A stretch of DNA of 64,000 nucleotides from Dehalococcoidia bacterium (GTDB taxonomy: Bacteria; Chloroflexota; Dehalococcoidia; UBA6926). The position numbers were made by a program, and so were the translations under genes. This document shows, piece by piece, positions 51,339-61,772 of this stretch (the first letter of the stretch is position 1; each line of letters opens with the position of its first letter). The stretch is from the NCBI GenBank assembly GCA_963666115.2, contig CAXXET010000006.1:64001-128000 (forward strand), given 5' to 3'. The notes beneath the pieces were generated by a model. It was not told where the DNA came from. It was given only the letters and a program-made list of their open reading frames with translations, and searched no databases.

Positions 51339-52259
51339 CTAAGGCCGCGTCCCGTTGAAGTGAATAAGATGGTCCACAGTTTCCGCTATCCAAACATCAG
51401 TCTCCCAGGCGATAGTGTCGAGATGCCGCCTGAACTGGCGGAAATCTGGGAAGGCGCTGATGTACGTCCTGCCTGCCGGGCAGTTCGCGAGCGTAGCCTC
51501 CAATTCCTCTAATCTCTTGGGGCTAACTGGGCCATGGGAAGTGACAGCCTCAATCAGGAATAATCGATTCCGTTCCTCATCGTAAAGAATGACGTCGGGA
51601 AGCTTGTCGTGCTCCGTAATCGGAATATCGAGCTGGTTCAGCTTTTCGTCGTCCACGTGTAAGAGCTTGTTTGAGGCGTCTCCCAAGTAGAGCAGGATTG
51701 CTCCGGGAGCAAAGCGCGGCGCGAATTCCGTTACGACTTGCGCCTGTAGTCTATTGTGTCTGCCGGGTGAAAGGTGAATCTCGGCCCCTGTCGAAGTGCG
51801 GACGGGTATCTCACGCATTCGACGCCTACGTTGATAGATTTCCAGTAGAGCGCCGTGGCTGGAGCGAAATGCGCGCAGCTTCGATGCCCACCCCCTGCGC
51901 CGATAGAGCCGAATCACCCCTAGCGCCTCGTCCGTGAGGCCGTAATGCGTTCTTGGACTGTTCGTGGGCAAGTCTGGCTCGTCGGGGTTCCGATCCACTA
52001 CCCGAGCTTGCTCCAATTGATGAATAACTTGACGCCGCACCGTTTCTCGTGTGTTCTCCGCGTAATCTCTCCCGTACGTATCCCTCATGAAGCCGAGCAT
52101 CTGATGGATTGTCAGGGACGGCTTGGTCGCCTGACCCCACGCATCACCTTCGGAGAGGTTGCAGAGCGCCAGCAGCGTTAGACAGGAGATGTCGTTCTGC
52201 TGCGCAGGCGGCAGCCCTAGCTGCTCGAGGATGTTCCGTGCTTCGTCGATCTTTGTCAT
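51339..52259 (-). CDS. BsuBI/PstI-family type II restriction endonuclease
   Basis: YAENTRETVRRQ, LSPGRHNRLQ, FAPRFAPG, KLPDV, IEAVTSHGP, IAWETDVW. Confidence 0.92.
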   Translation of the reverse strand: MTKIDEARNILEQLGLPPAQQNDISCLTLLALCNLSEGDAWGQATKPSLTIHQMLGFMRDTYGRDYAENTRETVRRQVIHQLEQARVVDRNPDEPDLPTNSPRTHYGLTDEALGVIRLYRRRGWASKLRAFRSSHGALLEIYQRRRRMREIPVRTSTGAEIHLSPGRHNRLQAQVVTEFAPRFAPGAILLYLGDASNKLLHVDDEKLNQLDIPITEHDKLPDVILYDEERNRLFLIEAVTSHGPVSPKRLEELEATLANCPAGRTYISAFPDFRQFRRHLDTIAWETDVWIAETVDHLIHFNGTRP

Positions 52260-53902
52260 TTGGTGGAGGGCAACGGCCCAAAAAGAAGTTCGGAGGACAT
52301 CCCAAGTATCTCGCCGACAAGGGAATCTATCCTGGCGGGATTGGAATTGGAACCAGGTTGCATGCGTGCCTCAACGCCGATCGAGCGGATGTCCCGTTCG
52401 TCGGGTAGCGGCATGGCTCGCAATTCGGTAGCGCTAACCTGGGTGTTGCCGTTGGATATACGGAAGTAGCGGTCTAGCGGCGTTGAGTTGTAGAGCGCTG
52501 CAAGGCCGTAGGCCAACTCATCATCCAGTTCGCGGGAAACGCCGCGCACGTAATTCAAATGGTTTTCCAGCCCCACCATAGTGGTCCCCAAAGTGCCTTG
52601 AATCAAGGGGGATGCCACCAGTCGCCGCTCCTCCTCCTTCGCGCTAAATCGACGCAAGAGGACGTAAGTCGCATCTTTCACCAGCAGGCGCATGGATTGC
52701 GGCGCGGCCCTAATCCACTGTGGCTTTGTCGTTATCGTAGATGGCCAAACTGTTCGCATGGGGTGAACGTGCTGCATCCAGAGCAGCGGAACGACCGAAC
52801 CCTCAGACGCAGAGTTGGCCAGTAACTGTGTAGCCCTGAACGGCACCACTGGGCCGGTGGAGACGTCCAGTCCGAGAGAATGCAGTGTGTTGGGCCAGTC
52901 CCGAATGATCTGAGCCAGCATCAAGTCCTCTTCGCAACTGGGAATCAGCAGCTCGCTGTTCGGACTAGTGGGGTCCAGCACCTGCTTCACGCTTACGGTC
53001 AACTTTCTCCGGCTGGCAATGTCATGGTTTGCCTTGCTGTGTGAGACTACGACCTGATCGTCATCGACTCGTGACCCACGCGGTTCCTTACGGCTTGTCA
53101 GGACGACGCTCTCCTGCAGAACCGCCTGATTGTCGAATACATCTCTTCGTGACTCGAAGAGGTGTATAGCCGTAGGAGTCGTGAGCTCAAAGAACTTCTC
53201 ACGGAACCTCTTGAAGTAAGGGCCTGCCGCAAAGCTCCTTGGGACGATAAAGGTGAGTTGGCCGGACGGAGACAGCAGCTCCGCGGAAATCGCCATGAAG
53301 AGTGCGTAGATGTTTGGTTGCCCCTGCACCACGGCTGCGCTCGCGACGGCTCGCGGATCCCGTTTCCCTATCTTGAAGTATGGCGGGTTGGAGATGATCA
53401 GGTCATATTCGTCAAACTGCTTGTCCAGGCTCTGGCCAAGCTCCACGGGCCCGGTGATTCTACGAAGCGCCGCAGCCTGATCCAGCACAAAATCCTTGAG
53501 CCGAACGTCGTAAGTGAGTTCGACACCCCGTTCCGCAAGCCACGCCTTAGTGTAGTCGAGCGTCATGCTCGAAATCTCTGCCAGTGAGGGTTCTACTTCA
53601 TAGGCGTCAATATGGAGAGCCTTGACGGATTCATGAAGTGAGGACTGTTCGCATATCGCTGCCGACAGGATGCCGGTTCCGCTCCCTGGATCGAGGACAC
53701 GCAATCGCTCGTGCTCATAGGTAAGCGTTCCCGCCATGAACCTGGAGATCGTCGCCGGTGTGAGGTAGTGGCCCACGCTCTTGTGGTTCTCATCTTTCGG
53801 CCCGGCCTGTCCTAGGGACTGAGCAAAATCGACTGGAGATGCTTCGGGCGGCAGCGCGCCATCCCTCAACGCGTCAATCCTCTCAAGCGTACGAGTAGAC
53901 AT
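52256..53902 (-). CDS. Gamma-class N6-adenine DNA methyltransferase (M.BsuBI/M.PstI-like)
   Basis: VLDPGSGTGIL, ISNPPY, STGPVVPFR, ENHLNY, GNTQVSATEL. Confidence 0.92.
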   Translation of the reverse strand: MSTRTLERIDALRDGALPPEASPVDFAQSLGQAGPKDENHKSVGHYLTPATISRFMAGTLTYEHERLRVLDPGSGTGILSAAICEQSSLHESVKALHIDAYEVEPSLAEISSMTLDYTKAWLAERGVELTYDVRLKDFVLDQAAALRRITGPVELGQSLDKQFDEYDLIISNPPYFKIGKRDPRAVASAAVVQGQPNIYALFMAISAELLSPSGQLTFIVPRSFAAGPYFKRFREKFFELTTPTAIHLFESRRDVFDNQAVLQESVVLTSRKEPRGSRVDDDQVVVSHSKANHDIASRRKLTVSVKQVLDPTSPNSELLIPSCEEDLMLAQIIRDWPNTLHSLGLDVSTGPVVPFRATQLLANSASEGSVVPLLWMQHVHPMRTVWPSTITTKPQWIRAAPQSMRLLVKDATYVLLRRFSAKEEERRLVASPLIQGTLGTTMVGLENHLNYVRGVSRELDDELAYGLAALYNSTPLDRYFRISNGNTQVSATELRAMPLPDERDIRSIGVEARMQPGSNSNPARIDSLVGEILGMSSELLFGPLPSTK

Positions 53903-54127
53903 CCCCTGCTCGCCGTATACCCTTCAATTTAGAACAAGCGTTAAGTGATTGTATGGTGTTCTCTGGAGAACTGTCTAGGGCGTGAAAGAGCCTCGCCAAA
54001 CGTTCGCCCCCCCAATCCCTTTACCCCGCACCCGCGCAGTGCCACAATATGGCATCTATCTATCGGGATGGCGGGCGTCACGATGCCCGCGCCTGGTAGG
54101 GAACAACGGAGGGGGGGCCGTTACACC

Positions 54128-55345
54128 ATGTTTATGCCGCTTGAAGGTGTCCGCGTCATTGACCTGACGCATTACACTGCCGGGCCGTACGCCACGCGGA
54201 TACTCGGCGACTACGGAGCCGACGTCATCAAGATTGAACGACCGGGTGGAGGCGATCCCGCCCGCCGCATCGGGCCCTTCTACCACGATGAGCCTGACCT
54301 CGAAAAGAGCGGCCTGTTCCTCTTCCTCAACACCAACAAGCGCTCCGTCACCCTCGACTTCAAGACCGAGAAGGGCAAGCAGATCATCAAGGAGCTGGTC
54401 AAGGACGCCGACATCCTCATCGAAAACTTCCCTCCCGATGTCATGCCCAACGCCGGCCTGGGCTACGACGAACTCATCCGGCTCAACCCCACGCTCGTCA
54501 TGACCTCCATCAGCAACTTCGGCAAGACCGGCCCCTACAAGGACTGGGTCGGCCTTGATCTCACCCTGTTTGCCATGGGCGGCAACATGTGGGGCTCCGG
54601 CGATCCGGAGCTTGAGCCTCTCAAGACCGCCGGCCGCATGGCCAGTTTCCACGTCGGCTATGCCGCCGCCCTCGCCACCGCCCTCGGCCTCACCAACACC
54701 GAACTGCGAGGGCACGGGGAGAACATCGACGTCAGCTTCTTTGAAGTCACGCTCCAATCCATCGACGCCCGGATGCAGCGCCTGCTCGGCTACCAGTACA
54801 ACAACAGCGTCGCCATGCGCGTTTCCCCCGGCGCCAGCCTCGGACTCGGCAGCGGCGTCTACCCCTGCCTGGACGGCATGTTCATGACCACCGCCGGCGC
54901 CGCCCAGTTCCCCAATATGGCCCGCATGGTCGGCGCGGAGGACATCCTGACCCAGCCCGGCTGGGACACCGTCGCCGCCCGTTCTCGCCCGGAGGCCGCC
55001 GAAGAGTGGGAGGCGACTCTCATCCCCTGGATGCTGGAGCGCACCACCAAGGAAGTGCAGCGCGCCTGCATGGAGCACGGCGTGCTCGGCGGGCCACTCA
55101 ACACCATTGAGAACCTCATGAACGACGAGGACTTTGACGCGCGCGGCTTCTGGCAGACCATCGACCACCCCGCCACCGGCCCGCTCACCTATCCCGGCTT
55201 CAACTCCCGCATCCACTTCGACGACGGCGAGCGGCCCGCCCGTCGCCGTGCCCCGCTCCTCGGCGAGCACACCGCCGAGATTCTCAAGGAGATCGGCATC
55301 GAAGGCGAGGAAGTCTCCCTCCTCCGCTCAGAGCGCGTCATCTAA
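54128..55345 (+). CDS. Family III CoA-transferase subunit (BbsE-like)
   Basis: AGPYATRILGDYGADVIKIE, NTNKRSVTLD, APLLGEH. Confidence 0.92.
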   Translation: MFMPLEGVRVIDLTHYTAGPYATRILGDYGADVIKIERPGGGDPARRIGPFYHDEPDLEKSGLFLFLNTNKRSVTLDFKTEKGKQIIKELVKDADILIENFPPDVMPNAGLGYDELIRLNPTLVMTSISNFGKTGPYKDWVGLDLTLFAMGGNMWGSGDPELEPLKTAGRMASFHVGYAAALATALGLTNTELRGHGENIDVSFFEVTLQSIDARMQRLLGYQYNNSVAMRVSPGASLGLGSGVYPCLDGMFMTTAGAAQFPNMARMVGAEDILTQPGWDTVAARSRPEAAEEWEATLIPWMLERTTKEVQRACMEHGVLGGPLNTIENLMNDEDFDARGFWQTIDHPATGPLTYPGFNSRIHFDDGERPARRRAPLLGEHTAEILKEIGIEGEEVSLLRSERVI

Positions 55346-55360
55346 CAAAGGAGTAGCGAA

Positions 55361-56707
55361 ATGACCACCACAGACCGCAGAGACATGACCGGCTCCCCCG
55401 TCCCCGGCACCGGCAAGCTCCCCCTCGAGGGACTGCGAATCCTCGACATCACCGTCGTCTGGGCCGGCCCCTACGGCACTATGCACCTTGCCGATTGGGG
55501 CGCGGAGGTCATCCGCATCGAGTCCGTCAAGCACTTCGCCACCAGCACGCGCGGCCAGATGGCCCGCCCCCCGCTGGAATTCGTCCAACTCCGCAACACG
55601 GGCATGGGCTATGTCGATGATGACCCCGGCGAGCGCCCCTGGAACCGCAACGCCATCTTCAACACCCACGCCCGCAACAAGCTCTCCGTCACCATGGACC
55701 TGACGACCCCGGAAGGGCAGGAAGCCCTTGAGCGGCTCGTCGCGCAGGCGGACGGTTTCCTGGAGAACAACGTCGCCATCTCGATGGAGCGTTTCGGCAT
55801 CACGTGGGAGCGCCTCTCCGCCATCAACCCGCGCCTCATCATGGTGAGGATGCCCGCCTTCGGCATCGAAGGCCCCTACAAGAACTACCGCACGTGGGGC
55901 AATCACATGGAGTCCCTCGCAGGGCATCCCTACCTGCGCGCCTATCCCGATGAAGACCCCTCCCGCGGCCCCAGCGGCGTTCCCAGCGACGCGGCAGGCG
56001 GCGTCGGCGGCGCGCTCGCCTTCATCATGGGCCTGCGCCACCGTAACAAGACCGGCAAGGGCATCCTCATTGAGGCGCCCACCGCCGAAAACTTCGTCCC
56101 GTTCCTCGGCGATTTCATCATGGACTACTCTATGAACGGCCGCGTCTACACCCAGCTCGGCAACGGCCACCTGTTCCTCGCACCGCACAACGTCTACCGC
56201 TGCGCCGGTGAAGAGCGATGGCTCACCATCGCCTGCCGCTCGGATGCCGAGTTCCGCACCCTCTGCCAGATCATGGGCGAGCCGAATCTTGCCGACGATC
56301 CCCGCTTCGCCGACTCCCTCAGCCGCTACCGGAATCGACGCGCGCTTGATGAGGTGATCTCCCGGTGGACGGCGGAGCAGGACGCCCGCGAGACCATGCA
56401 CCGCCTCCAGGCCGCCGGCGTCCCTGCCGGCATGGTCATGGATGAGAGCGACGTCCACCAGGATCCGCACGTTGCGCACCGGGAATTCTTTCAGGAGGTC
56501 ACCCACCCCGAGGCCGGCACGCACAAGAACCCGACAGTCGGCTTCAAACTCCGGAACACGCCCTACGAAATCCGCCGCCACGCCGTCCTCCTCGGCCAGG
56601 ACAACGAATACGTCTACAAACAGGTAATGGGCTACTCAGACGAGGAATACCAAAAATTCATCCAAATGGGCCACGTCGGCATGGACTACGACCCAGACGT
56701 ACAATAG
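55361..56707 (+). CDS. Family III CoA-transferase subunit (BbsF-like)
   Basis: WAGPYGTMHLADWGAEVIRIES, ARNKLS, PSDAAGG. Confidence 0.92.
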   Translation: MTTTDRRDMTGSPVPGTGKLPLEGLRILDITVVWAGPYGTMHLADWGAEVIRIESVKHFATSTRGQMARPPLEFVQLRNTGMGYVDDDPGERPWNRNAIFNTHARNKLSVTMDLTTPEGQEALERLVAQADGFLENNVAISMERFGITWERLSAINPRLIMVRMPAFGIEGPYKNYRTWGNHMESLAGHPYLRAYPDEDPSRGPSGVPSDAAGGVGGALAFIMGLRHRNKTGKGILIEAPTAENFVPFLGDFIMDYSMNGRVYTQLGNGHLFLAPHNVYRCAGEERWLTIACRSDAEFRTLCQIMGEPNLADDPRFADSLSRYRNRRALDEVISRWTAEQDARETMHRLQAAGVPAGMVMDESDVHQDPHVAHREFFQEVTHPEAGTHKNPTVGFKLRNTPYEIRRHAVLLGQDNEYVYKQVMGYSDEEYQKFIQMGHVGMDYDPDVQ

Positions 56708-56735
56708 CCATCCGCGTCATTCCCACACCCACCCG

Positions 56736-56888
56736 TCATTCCCGCGAAAGCGGGAATCCAGAGGCGGGCCCAACAACAGCCACCCATGTGGCTGGTAAGG
56801 GGTGTCTAGATGATGCCGCGTTGCCGACGGTGACGGTGAAGCCAAATTTGCGTACAACCCTGTCAAACTCACGCGCCGTTATTGGCAT
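56736..56888 (-). pseudogene. Possible truncated HicA-like toxin ending inside a family A repeat
   Basis: MPITAREFDRVVRKFGF overlapping the upstream gene's end, then unrelated sequence; stop supplied by the repeat at 56735-56761. Confidence 0.4.
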
Positions 56889-57198
56889 CGATCACGGCCA
56901 GCTTTCTGGTGACGGTATCGTAAATTCTCTGCAAATCCCTGCCCAGCCGGCCGCGGTATTCGTCAAGCTCAAAGTATGCCTCGGCGATTGACAATTGGAG
57001 GTCGCTTATGGCTGCGGCAGGCGTGTCGCCCTTCCCCCATTCCTCGATTTCAGGCGCCTCCGCGATGTACGTGCCGTCCACCACCTCCCACGTCACAGCA
57101 AAAGGCTCAATAACACGGAGCCGGCTGTCCAGCAGGCTGTCCACGGACGTGGGCAGGGCTGCCACCGCCTGTTGTGATTCCAATTGAGGAGAACTCAT
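56869..57198 (-). CDS. HicB-like small protein (paralog of 60708)
   Basis: YIAEAPEIEEWGKGDTPAAAISDLQLSI; TACAAT just upstream. Confidence 0.65.
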   Translation of the reverse strand: MSSPQLESQQAVAALPTSVDSLLDSRLRVIEPFAVTWEVVDGTYIAEAPEIEEWGKGDTPAAAISDLQLSIAEAYFELDEYRGRLGRDLQRIYDTVTRKLAVIDANNGA

Positions 57199-57301
57199 AA
57201 CCCAGCCATTGTACACGACACCCCGCCAACATGCCCGTCTCCAGCATGAGTCATGGTAGCATGGGCTACAGCCTGGACGTGGCGCAGGAGAAGCCATAAG
57301 G

Positions 57302-57405
57302 CCCTCCCCTTCATGGGGGAGGACCGGGGTGGGGTTTAACCGCTCATCCTGAGCCTGTCGAAGGATATGAGCGGCACCGTCATTCCCGCGAAAGCGGGAA
57401 TCTAG
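57302..57405 (+). repeat. Cluster of family D, C and A repeats
   Basis: ccctccccttcatgggggagg..ggggtgggg; ccgctcatcctgagcctgtcgaagga; gtcattcccgcgaaagcgggaatctag. Confidence 0.85.
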
Positions 57406-57414
57406 GAGAAGATT

Positions 57415-60400
57415 ATGGCAGACGACCTTAGCGCAGGTATGTTGGTTGAATGGCAAGGCCGCCCCCACGCAGGCTATGGCGTCGTGACTGCCACAGGCAA
57501 TCGGCGTGTCACAGTAGCGTGGGACTCTGCCGATGAAGAGACGACGCAGTTCGCGCTTCATGACAATTCACTCCTCAGGGTGAACCTTCCGCAAGGTACT
57601 CAAGCGAGAAGGAGGTCAACAAATGAATTGGTCATCATCCAGAGTGACCTTGGCAGTGTGACGCCTGCGAAGGGTTGCTTGGTCATTTCTGGAGAGGGGA
57701 GTACTAGGGTCGAAAACATACCTGAAGCTGACCTTCGACCAAAGCCAGTGACTGAACCAGCTGAGAGGTTCAAGTCTGGCCAAGTTGGTGGAACAGACAA
57801 ATACTTGCTGAGACAAGTAGCCGATCTTTACCTGAATCTTCATCTCCATGATGATCTCGTATCGCTTGGTCAGTCGCAAGTCGACATCCAGCCGCATCAG
57901 GTTTCGGTTGTTCATAGGGCAACTCGCGAGTTCCCTCATCGTTTCCTACTCTGCGATGAGACCGGTCTGGGAAAGACAATTGAGGCTGGAATGATCATCA
58001 AGGAACTCAGGGCCAGAGGTGGTGCTCAGCGAGTGCTCATCATCTGTCCAGCAAACCTTGTGCGGCAATGGCAAGGGGAAATGCGCTCAAAATTCAATGA
58101 AGAATTCGCCGTGTTGAATCGGCAGACGGTCGATTATTTGCGAAGTGACCAAGCCTTTACCGGGAATCCGTTTGACAACCCAGACCACGATAGTGTCATC
58201 TGTTCGGCCAGCTGGATTACTCGCTCTCCTTGGAGAGAACTTTGTCTTGACGCGGAATGGGACCTTGTCATAGTAGACGAGGCACACCATGCCCGTCGTC
58301 ACGCTGACGGCGAGACCACTCAGCTTTATGACTTGGTGCAATCTCTCGTGGGCGGACAGAATACGAGGAATCGCTCAGCCTTGTTTCTGACCGCTACTCC
58401 TATGCAGATCCACCCATTGGAGCTATACGGCCTAGTGGAAATCTTAGACCCGACGCTATTTTTGTCCGAGGACGACTTCACGGAGCATCGATCGAGGATG
58501 CGCGGCCTCTCGCATTTGGTGGAGAGCCTGCTGGCAGGGGGCCAAGACTTGCCTTGGCAGGACGGTGAGGCACTACAAGCAATCTCTGAGTGGCTTGAGG
58601 AAACCCCTGAGGCGACAATGACGCGGATTTCTAGCGGGGATGATGGACTCAGGGAAACAGCAAGGCTGTTGACCTCTAGGCACCGCCTAAGCGAAGTGAT
58701 GTTCAGGAACCGCAAATCACGGATTGGCGGCTTCACCCCCCGAAGTGCAAATCGATGGGCTGTAACAATGACAGAGCCTGAGCGTGCAGCCCTGAGTTCT
58801 GTGGAAGACTACGTCACTTACGGGTATAGCGTTGCAGAGGAAAGACAGGACACGAGCATAGGGTTCCTGATGGTGAATTTCCAAAAGCTCACCGCTTCAA
58901 GCCACATGGCAATTCTTTCCTCCCTGCGGCGTCGTAGGGAACGCCTAGTCCTTGGGAACCTAAGGTCCTTCACGGCCTCAGAATTGGAAGACGTTGAAGA
59001 ACAGACTGAAGATGATGGTGATATTCCGGAAGCCATTATGGCGAGCGACGGGATTCTCTTTGCAGACCCTGGGAATCAGAACGAGACCGGACTCTTGGAC
59101 AAGGCCATCAAAGCCTTGGAAAGCCTTGGCGATAAAGATTCCAAGGCAGAGACATTCCTCCGACAGATGCGAGAGATCTTCCGGGAGAACCAGCAAGAAA
59201 AAGTGCTCGTCTTCACACAGTTTCGCGTCACTCAGAACCTCATTGCCAAGTTGTGCACTGAAAATGGTTGGGGAGTGAATGTCTTCCATGGCCAACTGAA
59301 CCCACTAGAAAAGGATGAGGCTATAAGCCAGTTCCGGCAGCAAGATGGACCCCAGGTGCTTGTCAGCACTGAAGCAGGCGGTGAAGGAAGAAACCTGCAG
59401 TTCTGCCATTGGCTCGTTAACTATGACCTTCCATGGAACCCCATGCGAGTTGAACAGCGGATTGGGCGAATCGACCGAATCGGGCAAACGAACGATGTCC
59501 TAATCGGAAACCTATTCGTCGAGGATAGCATCGAAGAACGGATTCTGGATGTCTTGGAAAACCGTATTCATGCGTTTGAGGAAACAGTTGGTGGCTTGGA
59601 CGAAATTCTGGGAGGTGCAGAGGCAGACATCCGCCGGATCATGGCGCTAGCGGCCGATAGGAGAGACCAGGCAACTACGGACTTTGCGGAGCAATTTGAG
59701 ACAAGAAAGCAGGCAGCGATTGAGGCCGGCGGCATGCTTGGTGACTTCATAATGGATACGAGGTCGTATCAGCGGGACATTGTTGAGCAAATCACTGGTT
59801 CAAGCTCAGCGGTTAGCGCTGATGACTTGGAGAATTTCCTTTTGCGCCTGATCGCGGACGTGGGCACTCACATACGGCGCAGGAGCCAGAGTACGTACGC
59901 GCTCACGTTTCAGGGCCAATTCCACGATAGGTTTGCTACGGCATTATTCCCACAGGGTTCTACGCTGAGCGCAGTGCTCGGCAACTCTGTAGCCCCGGCA
60001 GGTTCAGGCGCGACCATGCTGACATTTGGAAACAAGATAGTTGACACCATAGTTGCTTTGGTCACTGCCGACGACTACGAGGGAAACACGGGAACCAGAG
60101 TCATAAAGGGTGGAGATGACCTACAGCAGGCTGAAGGATGGCTGTTTCACTATCGGTTCAATGTGCCTGGCCCGCGGCCCCTCGAAGAACTATTGCCCGT
60201 TTTCGTTGACGATTCCGGAGAGGCCGACACACAGATTGGAAAGGCTCTAGTTGCTAGGGCCACCAGATTTGAAAATGAGCGGGCCTTAGATGGCGGACAA
60301 GATATCGGGACCCTCCATAGTGCAATGGCTGTCGCAGAAGAGCACGCCGGGCGTCATAGAGACGTCATTCAAGCTGACGCGCAGGCACGTGCACAAGAGA

Positions 60401-60687
60401 GATTCGACCTAGAGATAAGTCGAATCGACGCCGTCTATGAGTATCGAAAGCAAGTTCACGTGCGCAAGATTTCGGATCTTGAGCAGCGGGTTCAAGGCAT
60501 TGAATCCCTCACAGAAGAGCAACGGCGAATTTTGCCGGTCTGGCAGGCAAGGCTTCGTGGTGCTCAAAATGCGCAGTTGGCCGACGAGAGAGAGCGACAA
60601 GACCGACTTGAGGAGCTAAATCGATACCGTAACCCGCAAGTTAGCTGGAAGCTCACCGCAATTGGCAGAGTCCGTATCATGCCCTGA
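57415..60687 (+). CDS. SNF2-family helicase/translocase (RapA/DrmD-like)
   Basis: DETGLGKT, DEAHH, LTATP, STEAGGEGRNLQ, PWNPMRVEQRIGRIDRIGQ; C-terminal coiled coil; lower GC. Confidence 0.9.
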   Translation: MADDLSAGMLVEWQGRPHAGYGVVTATGNRRVTVAWDSADEETTQFALHDNSLLRVNLPQGTQARRRSTNELVIIQSDLGSVTPAKGCLVISGEGSTRVENIPEADLRPKPVTEPAERFKSGQVGGTDKYLLRQVADLYLNLHLHDDLVSLGQSQVDIQPHQVSVVHRATREFPHRFLLCDETGLGKTIEAGMIIKELRARGGAQRVLIICPANLVRQWQGEMRSKFNEEFAVLNRQTVDYLRSDQAFTGNPFDNPDHDSVICSASWITRSPWRELCLDAEWDLVIVDEAHHARRHADGETTQLYDLVQSLVGGQNTRNRSALFLTATPMQIHPLELYGLVEILDPTLFLSEDDFTEHRSRMRGLSHLVESLLAGGQDLPWQDGEALQAISEWLEETPEATMTRISSGDDGLRETARLLTSRHRLSEVMFRNRKSRIGGFTPRSANRWAVTMTEPERAALSSVEDYVTYGYSVAEERQDTSIGFLMVNFQKLTASSHMAILSSLRRRRERLVLGNLRSFTASELEDVEEQTEDDGDIPEAIMASDGILFADPGNQNETGLLDKAIKALESLGDKDSKAETFLRQMREIFRENQQEKVLVFTQFRVTQNLIAKLCTENGWGVNVFHGQLNPLEKDEAISQFRQQDGPQVLVSTEAGGEGRNLQFCHWLVNYDLPWNPMRVEQRIGRIDRIGQTNDVLIGNLFVEDSIEERILDVLENRIHAFEETVGGLDEILGGAEADIRRIMALAADRRDQATTDFAEQFETRKQAAIEAGGMLGDFIMDTRSYQRDIVEQITGSSSAVSADDLENFLLRLIADVGTHIRRRSQSTYALTFQGQFHDRFATALFPQGSTLSAVLGNSVAPAGSGATMLTFGNKIVDTIVALVTADDYEGNTGTRVIKGGDDLQQAEGWLFHYRFNVPGPRPLEELLPVFVDDSGEADTQIGKALVARATRFENERALDGGQDIGTLHSAMAVAEEHAGRHRDVIQADAQARAQERFDLEISRIDAVYEYRKQVHVRKISDLEQRVQGIESLTEEQRRILPVWQARLRGAQNAQLADERERQDRLEELNRYRNPQVSWKLTAIGRVRIMP

Positions 60688-60707
60688 CTGTCACTCCCAC
60701 CGCTTAG

Positions 60708-61028
60708 CTAGGGCGTATACACCAGCTGCCTGCTCATCGCCTCGTAAACGCCGCGCAAATGCGTCCCCAGCCCATACTCTTTCGCATCCTCCTCTAGGTC
60801 AAGGTAGAGTTCGATGAGGGAGGCCTGCAGGTCTGAGATAGCTTCCTCAATCGACTTGCCGTCGCCGTACCAGTAGTTGAACTCGTCCGGCGCGCCGGCG
60901 ACCACCCATCCGTCCTCGCCAACGTAGAGACGCACGTGGATTGGCTCAACTACGCGGAAACGGCTGTCGTTCAAACTATCTATAGTAGTCGTCGAAGTCG
61001 GAGCAGGCTCCTCGTCGCTTAGACTCAT
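60708..61028 (-). CDS. HicB-like small protein (paralog of 56869)
   Basis: IDSLNDSRFRVVEP...YGDGKSIEEAISDLQASLIE. Confidence 0.65.
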   Translation of the reverse strand: MSLSDEEPAPTSTTTIDSLNDSRFRVVEPIHVRLYVGEDGWVVAGAPDEFNYWYGDGKSIEEAISDLQASLIELYLDLEEDAKEYGLGTHLRGVYEAMSRQLVYTP

Positions 61029-61039
61029 GTCGCCCCCCA

Positions 61040-61720
61040 TCACAACTTGCTAGCCAGCTCCTCCATATGCCCCGTCACCAAAAACACAATCCGCTCTGCG
61101 ATATTCGTCGTCCGGTCCGCGATGCGCTCAAAGTTGTGCGTCGCCCACACCAGGTACGTCGCCTCCTGCACCAGCGACGGATTCTCGATCATGATCTGGA
61201 TTAGCGCGTGGTAGGACGAATCCTGCATCGCGTCGACTTCATCATCCTCGTCGCAGATCGCGCGGGCCGTTTCGGCATCCCTCTCCACTAGGGCCGTCAA
61301 TGTCCGCCGCAGCATGTCCCGGCACTTGTCCGCCATCTGCGGCAGCGTCTCCAGAGGACGCACCGCGCTGTCCGCCCCGATCAACTCCGCGAGCCGCGCG
61401 TTCCCCTCCGCGTGATCCGCCATCCGCTCAAGATCGACAATCACGTTCAGAACCGTGACAACAACGCGCAAGTCGCCGGCCATCGGCTGCTGCGTTGCGA
61501 TAACCCGAATCGCCTTTTCCTCGATATCGAAGCGTGCCTTGTCGATGCGTTCATCCTCGGCAACCACCTGCTGCGCCAGGATCGCGTCACGGTTCAGCAG
61601 CGCCTCGAGAGAGCGTTCGATGGACTTGTCCACCATGGAGCCCATGGCGAGAACGTCATCCAGGAGTTCGCGCAGCAGCCGGTCAAAGTCGGTGCGCGTC
61701 GCGTGCGGTTCCATTGCCAT
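61040..61720 (-). CDS. phoU: Phosphate signalling protein PhoU
   Basis: QQPMAGDLR, DLERMADHA, DDEVD, ERIADRTTNIAE. Confidence 0.95.
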   Translation of the reverse strand: MAMEPHATRTDFDRLLRELLDDVLAMGSMVDKSIERSLEALLNRDAILAQQVVAEDERIDKARFDIEEKAIRVIATQQPMAGDLRVVVTVLNVIVDLERMADHAEGNARLAELIGADSAVRPLETLPQMADKCRDMLRRTLTALVERDAETARAICDEDDEVDAMQDSSYHALIQIMIENPSLVQEATYLVWATHNFERIADRTTNIAERIVFLVTGHMEELASKL

Positions 61721-61772
61721 CGTCTGTCACCTCCCCGGCTTCCGGTTCGTTTTGACAGGTTATCCAGTCTAC

